The notes: generated by a model from the letters alone, not told the origin. A DNA stretch of 20,000 bases from an uncultured virus (IMG/VR IMGVR_UViG_3300044640_001869) (IMGVR_UViG_3300044640_001869:106191-126190); one strand, 5' to 3'; counted from the first letter of the stretch, positions 1-6,314 are shown. Numbers and translations are program-made.

Positions 1-61
1 CTCTATCAATTATTTTTTGGAAATTATCAATTAATTTGTTTTCTGTAATTAGTATTTTCAT
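1..61 (-). CDS. Partial ORF running off the window (MKILITENKLIDNFQKIIDR...), [I/L]-x-E leader family
   Basis: ATG at 61, 4 nt downstream of TATTTAT (66-72); open to the window edge; N-terminus resembles those of 609..953, 1558..2130 and 2269..2673. Confidence 0.75.
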   Translation of the reverse strand, partial: MKILITENKLIDNFQKIIDR

Positions 62-65
62 ATCA

Positions 66-72
66 ATAAATA
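66..72 (-). promoter_or_regulatory. TATTTAT putative phage late promoter
   Basis: Same heptamer lies just upstream of start codons at seven sites in the window. Confidence 0.6.
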
Positions 73-189
73 CTCACCAAATAATAAATCGCGGGCGGGG
101 GGAAAACAAAAAGACGACCGAAGGTCGGACACGGTTACCGGTATATAAGATATTTTCTTCCTTTTTTATTCCCCCAAATATATAAGCAT

Positions 190-217
190 AAAAAACCCCA
201 CTCAAAAAGAATGGGGG
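190..217 (-). terminator. Rho-independent terminator
   Basis: CCCCATTC/GAGTGGGG stem followed by a T6 run on the minus strand, right after the stop of 224..529. Confidence 0.8.
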
Positions 218-223
218 ATTATA

Positions 224-529
224 TTAACCTTCACTATTAAATAACTTATGCCATTTCTTACCTACCTCATATGGATTCTCAACATACTTGTTAAGTTCAT
301 CCATAGCTTCAGTTACACTTCTAAATGGAATCTCCTTACATCCAACACTAATAACACATCCAACACTTAAAAAACGAAGACGTATCTCGTATTCCCTAAG
401 TAATTCCTGTTTCTTAGGTATATACTCTTTCTTCAACTCCATTTCAGGTTCTCTATCATAACCTCTTATCGGTGCCTCCGCCATCACTCCCATATCTTGT
501 ACAGGTTCGTTAACATCATATTCTCTCAT
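224..529 (-). CDS. Hypothetical phage protein (101 aa)
   Basis: ORF with its own promoter and terminator. Confidence 0.85.
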   Translation of the reverse strand: MREYDVNEPVQDMGVMAEAPIRGYDREPEMELKKEYIPKKQELLREYEIRLRFLSVGCVISVGCKEIPFRSVTEAMDELNKYVENPYEVGKKWHKLFNSEG

Positions 530-544
530 AATCTTTTTTATTTA

Positions 545-573
545 ATTATACAGAAATTAAATGATGAGGTCAA
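545..573 (-). promoter_or_regulatory. Canonical sigma70-type promoter TTGACC-N17-TATAAT
   Basis: Minus strand -35 at 568-573 and -10 at 545-550, 17-nt spacing, 15 nt upstream of ATG 529. Confidence 0.6.
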
Positions 574-575
574 AT

Positions 576-602
576 AAAAAACCCCACCGATAAAGAAGGG
601 GT
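576..602 (-). terminator. Rho-independent terminator
   Basis: ACCCC...GGGGT stem plus T-run after the stop of 609..953. Confidence 0.7.
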
Positions 603-608
603 CGTATA

Positions 609-953
609 TTATTTATTTAATCTCTGTTCCTGATGTTTCCTTGATAACTCAATTAAGTAATCCCTAACAATTTCAGGGGGAAACATCTTAAATTCCCTCA
701 GTCTCTCAGGTCTACCATTACTTTCATAAAAGTGTAATTCGTTATCTTCCCCAACTTGGAATTTAAATACATAAAAATTTTGTAAACCAAAGTTATTACC
801 TCGTTTACTAAAATTAAGACATCCTGTTATAACCCTTTCATCATCCCCATTTATATAACCCGGCATAGAACGGAATTCTATATTAATATCACTTCTTTCC
901 AACCAATCAGAAAATAACGAATTGAATCTGTTTTCACTCAATATAAATCTCAT
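609..953 (-). CDS. Hypothetical protein with MRFILSE leader
   Basis: 114-aa ORF; TATTTAT 4 nt upstream; terminator downstream. Confidence 0.85.
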   Translation of the reverse strand: MRFILSENRFNSLFSDWLERSDINIEFRSMPGYINGDDERVITGCLNFSKRGNNFGLQNFYVFKFQVGEDNELHFYESNGRPERLREFKMFPPEIVRDYLIELSRKHQEQRLNK

Positions 954-957
954 AACA

Positions 958-964
958 ATAAATA
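958..964 (-). promoter_or_regulatory. TATTTAT putative late promoter
   Basis: GTATTTAT-TGTT-ATG. Confidence 0.6.
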
Positions 965-968
965 CCTA

Positions 969-1571
969 TTACCACAATTTAATATATACACCACCTTGAT
1001 ATTGAATGGATTTATTAGGTCCCAATCCAATACCCACCGAAAATATCCTATCCTTCTTTGTCTTTAATAAAAGGGAGGGACTGAATGATGTAAACACTGT
1101 CTTATTATTTAACCCCAACTCAGAACCCAAATAAAATTGATTCTTAGGTAATTCCTTAACAATCATCTTATCATTAATCGTAATCTTATTTATATGAGAA
1201 TCCCAAACTCTACTCAATATACTATTATTGGATATTGTATCAGTAACTGATACATACCCCAAACTATCCTTCAACTTTAAGGTGTCCTTATAAACAACCT
1301 TACTGTAATAATCTTTTATAACCTGAACCGTATCTATACGACCCGGTAACTCAACGTATATTGGAATATCCCTATATATATCTTTCCCCCTCTTATAGAC
1401 CGTTTGAACAGTGGGGACATATAAAGTATCCACCGTGTGTTTAATAACCTCATACGGTTTACCATCAATAGTCACAATCTTACCATCAGGTTTAACATTA
1501 CAAAACCTTAAACAGAATATGGTTATAATAAGACCAACTATTATAATCAATTTTAAATCAACCTTTTTCAT
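969..1571 (-). CDS. Membrane-anchored envelope protein, candidate lysis (spanin-like) protein
   Basis: Likely start MKKVDLKLII at 1571; hydrophobic N-terminal helix ending in LRFC; DT[L/V]/V-rich middle; C-terminal amphipathic beta strands ending in an aromatic residue (GGVYIKLW). Confidence 0.6.
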   Translation of the reverse strand: MKKVDLKLIIIVGLIITIFCLRFCNVKPDGKIVTIDGKPYEVIKHTVDTLYVPTVQTVYKRGKDIYRDIPIYVELPGRIDTVQVIKDYYSKVVYKDTLKLKDSLGYVSVTDTISNNSILSRVWDSHINKITINDKMIVKELPKNQFYLGSELGLNNKTVFTSFSPSLLLKTKKDRIFSVGIGLGPNKSIQYQGGVYIKLW

Positions 1572-2130
1572 TTTCAATTTTCTTCGCAGCATCCAATGAT
1601 GACTTATAGTCGTTTAATCGTTTTACGGTAGTAGGGTATTTTGAAACATCATATTCTTTTTTACTTGGGTCACCCATTTTTCTACCAAACCATTTACCAT
1701 CTTTATTTTTATATTCCCAAACAGTATCTTGAGGTATATTCATCCAATCATCACTATTTGGTTCTTGTTTATCACCACCTTTCATTTCCTGTTGTAATTC
1801 ATAACGTATCTTACTATCAGTAGTATAAACAACACCATCTTCATCTTCAGGACAATAATTATCACCTGTTTTACAATACATCGGTGTCCCACCTTTTTCT
1901 GTAATATACTTTACCATCGCATCATTAAAACTTTTATCTAACCAATTACCATCAACAGGAATCTTGAACTCAGGATACTTTTTATTAAAAAATTCTTGTT
2001 CCTTTTTTATTTGTTGAGATTTAGGACTTCTTAATCTCTCAGGTCCCAACTCAGGTAGGTTATTCACATTCTCTTCATATAAACCCATTATATGTTTTCT
2101 TTCTTCTTCTGTAATAATAAATTTTTTCAT
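1558..2130 (-). CDS. Hypothetical protein with MKKFIITEEE leader and a possible peptidoglycan-binding-like segment
   Basis: QEFFNKK...IPVDGNW...NDAMVKY resembles the PG_binding_1 pattern (Q..LN...VDG.[W/F]G..T..A); TATTTAT upstream. Confidence 0.7.
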   Translation of the reverse strand: MKKFIITEEERKHIMGLYEENVNNLPELGPERLRSPKSQQIKKEQEFFNKKYPEFKIPVDGNWLDKSFNDAMVKYITEKGGTPMYCKTGDNYCPEDEDGVVYTTDSKIRYELQQEMKGGDKQEPNSDDWMNIPQDTVWEYKNKDGKWFGRKMGDPSKKEYDVSKYPTTVKRLNDYKSSLDAAKKIENEKG

Positions 2131-2144
2131 ATATACTTTTTCCT

Positions 2145-2151
2145 ATAAATA
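2145..2151 (-). promoter_or_regulatory. TATTTAT putative late promoter
   Basis: Motif upstream of 1558..2130. Confidence 0.55.
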
Positions 2152-2155
2152 CTCT

Positions 2156-2178
2156 AAAATTTTTCCAGAAATTTTTTT
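2156..2178. repeat. 23-bp direct repeat AAAATTTTTCCAGAAATTTTTTT, copy 1
   Basis: Identical copy at 2730-2752. Confidence 0.8.
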
Positions 2179-2235
2179 TCACTATTAACCCCTTTTTAGA
2201 TATGTCGATTTTTTTAGGAAATTTAAACATATAAC

Positions 2236-2264
2236 AAAAAACCCCTCCGTTGAAGGAAGGGTTT
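2236..2264 (-). terminator. Rho-independent terminator
   Basis: CCCTTCC/GGAGGGG stem plus T6 after the stop of 2269..2673. Confidence 0.8.
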
Positions 2265-2268
2265 AATA

Positions 2269-2673
2269 TCAATCAATTTCTTTAATTGATTTCTTATCTA
2301 ACACATTGTCTATGTGGAGACTTAACCTTTGAGAAATTGGGGTTAGGTCTTCAATGTCTTCCTCATTATCACCAACAATATCAAATGCCGATTCAATAAA
2401 TGATTTTAAATATACACTCCACTCATCTTTTTCTTCTTGTGATAAATTAGATGGAACTTCGTGAGTCAATTTAAGTATTGCAACTTGAAGTTGTAGTTTA
2501 GCTCTTTCAAGACGAGTTTGTACTTTAGGTTTCTCACCACTAAAAAAAGAACCACCCCCAAGTAAATAATCGTCGTTATTAAATTTAATTATATCATAAT
2601 CATCAGACTCATTAATAACCCTCTTTACTATTCGAATCAAATCAGACTCAGTTAATCTTATTATTTTTTTCAT
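2269..2673 (-). CDS. Hypothetical protein with MKKIIRLTESDLIRIVKRVINE leader
   Basis: 134-aa ORF; N-terminal motif I recall as common in large freshwater phage proteins; TATTTAT at 2689-2695. Confidence 0.85.
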   Translation of the reverse strand: MKKIIRLTESDLIRIVKRVINESDDYDIIKFNNDDYLLGGGSFFSGEKPKVQTRLERAKLQLQVAILKLTHEVPSNLSQEEKDEWSVYLKSFIESAFDIVGDNEEDIEDLTPISQRLSLHIDNVLDKKSIKEID

Positions 2674-2688
2674 ATATAATTTTTTATT

Positions 2689-2695
2689 ATAAATA
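2689..2695 (-). promoter_or_regulatory. TATTTAT putative late promoter
   Basis: Motif upstream of 2269..2673. Confidence 0.55.
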
Positions 2696-2729
2696 CACCC
2701 CCGTTTAAATAGGAGGTCCCTTTTCCCCC

Positions 2730-2752
2730 AAAATTTTTCCAGAAATTTTTTT
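2730..2752. repeat. 23-bp direct repeat, copy 2
   Basis: Identical to 2156-2178. Confidence 0.8.
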
Positions 2753-2819
2753 AGAGTTTTTAGTTACACGCTTTCTCAAAGGCATTATCCCCCCTTTTTG
2801 ACCCCCAAAATAGCCGGAA

Positions 2820-2876
2820 GGGGAGGGGGGATACGTAGGGGGGAGGGGTGTATAGGGGTATAGGGGGGTGGTAGGG
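2820..2876 (+). other. G-run cluster, potential G-quadruplex
   Basis: Seven G-runs of 3-6 nt separated by 1-7 nt loops in an otherwise AT-rich genome. Confidence 0.7.
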
Positions 2877-2976
2877 AGTATATCTCCCCCTGTCTGACTG
2901 TTTAAACCAAATTACCCCTCCCTGTCTGTAACGTTATGTATGGGGGTCAAGTCAAATAAATGATATATCCAAATAG

Positions 2977-3078
2977 AGTTATTAACCTGACAGTGTGTCA
3001 TAGTGGAGTTATTAACAGTGGGGATGTTGATAACTTCTTGGGGGTGACAGTGTGTCAGTTAGTAAGATGTTAATAACT
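2977..3078. promoter_or_regulatory. Cluster of DnaA-box-like 11-mers (TGTTRATAACT) and TGACA-N3-TGTCA palindromes, cluster 1
   Basis: AGTTATTAAC 2977-2986, TGACAGTGTGTCA 2988-3000, AGTTATTAACA 3007-3017, TGTTGATAACT 3025-3035, TGACAGTGTGTCA 3045-3057, TGTTAATAACT 3068-3078. Confidence 0.6.
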
Positions 3079-3117
3079 ATGATGGGGGAATGTAGTGCGT
3101 GGTATGATAATAATTTG

Positions 3118-3125
3118 TATCTTTG
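3118..3125 (+). promoter_or_regulatory. Bacteroidota-type -7 promoter element TATCTTTG
   Basis: Perfect TAnnTTTG immediately upstream of a structured non-coding stretch. Confidence 0.55.
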
Positions 3126-3129
3126 ATAA

Positions 3130-3310
3130 GTCAATGGTAATACCGAGACGGGTCAGGGATAGAATGAATCTCTAAGAGGGTAGACTCCAACCTGCCTTAT
3201 AGTGTAGTAAGACTTGGGGGTTATAAGCAGGTTCCCTTAGAACTCCCCACACTAAGTATATAGTCCGCCCGTCTTAACTACTCCCGTAAGTGACGGTACT
3301 AAGTTACGGA
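3130..3310 (+). ncRNA. Putative structured ncRNA (rod-like with a central bubble; 6S-like candidate)
   Basis: Nested stems 3145-3152/3268-3275, 3171-3180/3234-3241, 3189-3201/3222-3233; 3' hairpin 3284-3289/3304-3309; no ORF; upstream promoter. Confidence 0.5.
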
Positions 3311-3351
3311 TAATAATTGATTCCCCCACTATAAATGTTTATATTTTAACT

Positions 3352-3507
3352 ATGAAAACATTTCTTATAGTGATTGGTCTTATCTCCCTGATAATCATAT
3401 CGTTCATAGTGATTGAGTATATTGTTGGGAGACTACCTGAAGACCACAGGTTTGTATTGTGGTGGAGGAGACACGTTGTTGGAGTTAGTGACGACGACCT
3501 CTTCTAA
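3352..3507 (+). CDS. Small single-pass membrane protein (51 aa, MKTFLIVIGLISLIIISFIVIEYIVGRLPEDHRFVLWWRRHVVGVSDDDLF)
   Basis: Manually translated ORF below the track cut-off; hydrophobic N-terminal helix; stop overlaps the stop of the convergent gene. Confidence 0.7.
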   Translation: MKTFLIVIGLISLIIISFIVIEYIVGRLPEDHRFVLWWRRHVVGVSDDDLF

Positions 3508-3791
3508 GGTAGAGTAAAGAAATTAATTAGTTGAGTCAGGGAATGAGTCCTGATTCCCATTTGGACCTCATTGAACTTCTCTGAAGACAGTGGGGTTTTC
3601 TTATGTATATATTCTAATACATCCCCCATATCTGAATGGGTTAATAGATATATGTTTCCTGATTGAAGTTTAGACAGTGGGGATGTCTCTGTATATACAC
3701 AGGTCCCTGAATAGTTCTCTAATGAATAGACCACTTTATATATTGGGGATTCATTTACTATCTCTATGTTGAAGTCATTTAGTATTTCCAT
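3504..3791 (-). CDS. Hypothetical protein
   Basis: Track ORF 3504..3815; ATG at 3791 (MEILNDF) lies 4 nt after TATTTAA, a variant of the late motif. Confidence 0.65.
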   Translation of the reverse strand: MEILNDFNIEIVNESPIYKVVYSLENYSGTCVYTETSPLSKLQSGNIYLLTHSDMGDVLEYIHKKTPLSSEKFNEVQMGIRTHSLTQLINFFTLP

Positions 3792-3853
3792 ATCATTAAA
3801 TATAGTTATGAACAATTAAATAGTGTATTGGTTCATATTAAATCCCCACACCC

Positions 3854-3905
3854 TGTTGATAACTTTTTAGTCTGACACTATGTCAGGGGGGAATTGTTAA
3901 TAACT
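3854..3905. promoter_or_regulatory. Composite site TGTTGATAACT-N8-TGACACTATGTCA-N9-TGTTAATAACT, cluster 2
   Basis: Same three elements in the same order as 3025-3078. Confidence 0.6.
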
Positions 3906-4224
3906 TTTTATGTTAAAAAACTTGATTTTGTCAGAATGTCAGTCGTGTTTGACGATGGGGATAATCCTTTACCCCACGCTTGACGGGGTTTTGAGTTCCC
4001 ACATCTTACCACATTCATATAAATTTAACACTAGAAGTTTAGTTGTTGATAGTGTCAGGACCAATTTATTACCCCTGATGATAGTGTTAGAGGTAATTTA
4101 TTAGGTATATATAAAACCCAGCGAATAAAGATAGTTATGGTGTATAGCCGGGGGACAGTCCTTTAGGACGTTATAGTATAACTTCAACGGGAACGTCAGT
4201 GGTAAAAAGTGGGACATAATAAGA

Positions 4225-4479
4225 CCCCCGTCATTAGAGACTATATATAAAATCACTATAAGGTTTAGTAGAATAAGTTATAATATATCCTGTAGTAAGA
4301 TGGGGTTTACCCCAATATAGGAGGATAGAATAGTAACTTAAAATAAAACCACTATGAGAAGGTTTCGTTATTAAATGGATGTCATATACCTTCACGTAAG
4401 TGAAGTGTTCTTAAATCCATTGTTTAGTGGGTAAACCTGTGATAGATTACCTCATCAAAGTCTTGTCATAGAATGGGGG
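4225..4479 (+). ncRNA. Putative multi-branched structured RNA (strand tentative)
   Basis: Nested complementary segments 4252-4267/4432-4443, 4274-4280/4334-4340, 4286-4291/4322-4327, 4301-4314 hairpin, 4349-4354/4425-4430, 4374-4380/4415-4421, CTTCAC-GTAA-GTGAAG GNRA hairpin 4390-4405; no ORF. Confidence 0.5.
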
Positions 4480-4560
4480 ACAGTTATAATGGGGGGAAAA
4501 TATATATAGGGTTATAGTATGAATGGATAACGTAGTGGAGTGTTAACGGAACGGGAGTTA

Positions 4561-4578
4561 GGAATGAATAGTGTAATC
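4561..4578. repeat. Direct repeat flanking the R-M cassette, left copy GGAATGAATAGTGTAATC
   Basis: 17/18 identical to 5941-5958. Confidence 0.75.
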
Positions 4579-4590
4579 CCTATATATATT

Positions 4591-5157
4591 TTATACTAAG
4601 AACTTCTTAGGGTCATACCAAAAACAACCTACACAAGTTCCTTCATAATTTATATTACCTTGTACAACTGAAACTGAACAACCTCTTTCTTTTGCATCAT
4701 ATCTAATGTTAGTCTTAGAACATTTTAGACAGTCAGACCTTTTTTGTTTATTAAGACTTTCTAATAGTGGTTGGAAATCATCTATAGTTTGTTTATCTAA
4801 ATTAAGTACATCATCAGGATATCTCCCATCTTTATGGTCTACTTCTATTTTGTGTCCGTTGTTTAGTTTAAGATTAGTAATAACACAGGGTTTGTTTCTA
4901 ACTTCATCCCATATATCTTTTCTGATTCTTCTTGTTCCGTTGTTATCTTTATACCCATTGAATCTCCATTGGGTTTCGTTATCTACAATACGTTTTTCGA
5001 ATATATATTTTTTAAGACCGACGTTTCTATACCAATGGTTTCCATTCTTTGGGAATAGTGTAATATATTTCCCCACGCATTCGGATTTGTTCACCCATCT
5101 TGATACACCATTTTGGTCGGGATTAAACAGTTCTATAACTAATTCGGTATTATTCAT
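4591..5157 (-). CDS. iceA: IceA1/NlaIII-family HNH restriction endonuclease-like protein
   Basis: Motifs PDQNGVSRWV, VGKY, IEVDHKDGR, QTIDDFQ, CLKC and CVGCFWYDP match Helicobacter IceA1 / R.NlaIII as I recall them; overlaps the stop of the upstream MTase. Confidence 0.8.
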   Translation of the reverse strand: MNNTELVIELFNPDQNGVSRWVNKSECVGKYITLFPKNGNHWYRNVGLKKYIFEKRIVDNETQWRFNGYKDNNGTRRIRKDIWDEVRNKPCVITNLKLNNGHKIEVDHKDGRYPDDVLNLDKQTIDDFQPLLESLNKQKRSDCLKCSKTNIRYDAKERGCSVSVVQGNINYEGTCVGCFWYDPKKFLV

Positions 5158-5929
5158 ATTTGTTTATTCTATCAATTGAGTATTCCACTTGTTCTTTACT
5201 AATTTCACTACCTATATAGTTTCTGTTATTCATCTTACAGGATAAACCTGTTGTCCCCGTTCCCATAAATGGGTCATATATAATATCTTGTTCTTTTGTA
5301 TATATGTTTATTAGTTTGGTACAGAGTTCTGATGAGTATGTTGCTTTATTAAGGTTAGTTGATTCGTCATTATTTTTTGCGGTGATAAAGTTATCAATTA
5401 CTTCATAGTAGTTCTGACCTTTCGGGGATGTTTTGGTAATTTGTTTATTACAGTTAAACGTTTTCACCTCATCTTTCCTGACGATAACAAAAATAAACTC
5501 TACGATTCTGTTTAATCTATTGTATGATGCTGGGTGAGGAATACTATTACTTTTCTTCCATACGATAGTATCTACCACCGTGAACGGAGTATTGTTAATG
5601 ATATGTGCTATCATTGTGTATGGTAGTGCGGGATTTTCTATTGAGTATGAGAAGTTATATAGTATAGTTCCGTTATTGATTAGGACCTTATCTATATTAT
5701 TGAATATCATTGAAGTCCACGTCAGGTATTCTTCTTCGGTTTTCCAATCAACGTATGTATCGTATCTATTTTGTTTATCTGCATATCCCCCTTTTCTTTT
5801 GGTCATATTGTATGGTGGCGACGTTATCACGCAATGAATGGATTTTGGTTCCATTCTATTCATTGTTATTATGCAGTCCTCGTTATATATTGTATTAATC
5901 ATATCAGTAATATAGTAATTATTTTCCAT
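5150..5929 (-). CDS. Beta-class N4-cytosine/N6-adenine DNA methyltransferase (N6_N4_Mtase family)
   Basis: Catalytic motif IV ITSPPY near the N-terminus and SAM-binding motif I DPFMGTGTT near the C-terminus, then YIGSEIS; SPPY favours m4C. Confidence 0.93.
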   Translation of the reverse strand: MENNYYITDMINTIYNEDCIITMNRMEPKSIHCVITSPPYNMTKRKGGYADKQNRYDTYVDWKTEEEYLTWTSMIFNNIDKVLINNGTILYNFSYSIENPALPYTMIAHIINNTPFTVVDTIVWKKSNSIPHPASYNRLNRIVEFIFVIVRKDEVKTFNCNKQITKTSPKGQNYYEVIDNFITAKNNDESTNLNKATYSSELCTKLINIYTKEQDIIYDPFMGTGTTGLSCKMNNRNYIGSEISKEQVEYSIDRINKYE

Positions 5930-5940
5930 AAATTAAATAC

Positions 5941-5958
5941 GGAACGAATAGTGTAATC
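5941..5958. repeat. Direct repeat flanking the R-M cassette, right copy GGAACGAATAGTGTAATC
   Basis: 17/18 identical to 4561-4578. Confidence 0.75.
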
Positions 5959-5963
5959 GTATA

Positions 5964-5970
5964 TATTTAT
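5964..5970 (+). promoter_or_regulatory. TATTTAT putative late promoter
   Basis: 5 nt upstream of ATG 5976 on the plus strand. Confidence 0.55.
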
Positions 5971-5975
5971 GATAT

Positions 5976-6314
5976 ATGAATAAGGAATTAGAATCTAAAT
6001 CGAAAGTAATAATTAAGTTTATTGATAAGATATATAACCCAACTAAGATTGAGGTTGATACTCTTCGTAACTATGATACAGTAGAAATTGTTATTGATGT
6101 TTTCTTTGATGATATTGATGATAAGTATAATACTAATCCCCTCAACAATAATATTAGACGACTGAAGGAAACTAATTTTGGATTAAAGATTAGGAAAGAC
6201 ATACATAAATACTTTCGTATTATGACATCAGGTTTATCTCTTGAGGGGTTTGCACCATATAAACATCATGGGATAACTATTAAGGTTCATTTAAACATCC
6301 CTGATGAAAATTAA
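5976..6314 (+). CDS. Hypothetical protein (112 aa)
   Basis: ORF with an upstream TATTTAT and plausible composition. Confidence 0.8.
   Translation: MNKELESKSKVIIKFIDKIYNPTKIEVDTLRNYDTVEIVIDVFFDDIDDKYNTNPLNNNIRRLKETNFGLKIRKDIHKYFRIMTSGLSLEGFAPYKHHGITIKVHLNIPDEN

Noticed and set aside
1411..2272. ORFs 1411..1599 (+), 1641..1823 (+), 2075..2272 (-)
   Set aside because: Antisense shadows, or (2075..2272) a frame running through a terminator, A-tracts and a promoter.
3910..4104. 64-aa plus-strand ORF in the gene-poor island
   Set aside because: Atypical composition, overlaps the TGTCAG motif cluster and has no recognisable promoter; cannot be supported, though not excluded.
2700..4590. tRNA, tmRNA, group I/II intron or hammerhead ribozyme in the island
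   Set aside because: I found no T-loop GTTCRA cloverleaf, tag-peptide frame, intron core or CUGAUGA/GAAA core by eye.
4591..5157. RNA-guided HNH nuclease (IscB/HEARO-like) using the neighbouring structured RNA
   Set aside because: The protein has no RuvC or PLMP motifs, matches the IceA1/NlaIII family and is coupled to a methylase; the RNA candidate lies outside the direct repeats that bound the cassette.
4706..5956. Plus-strand ORFs overlapping the nuclease and methylase
   Set aside because: Antisense to genes with clear catalytic motifs.
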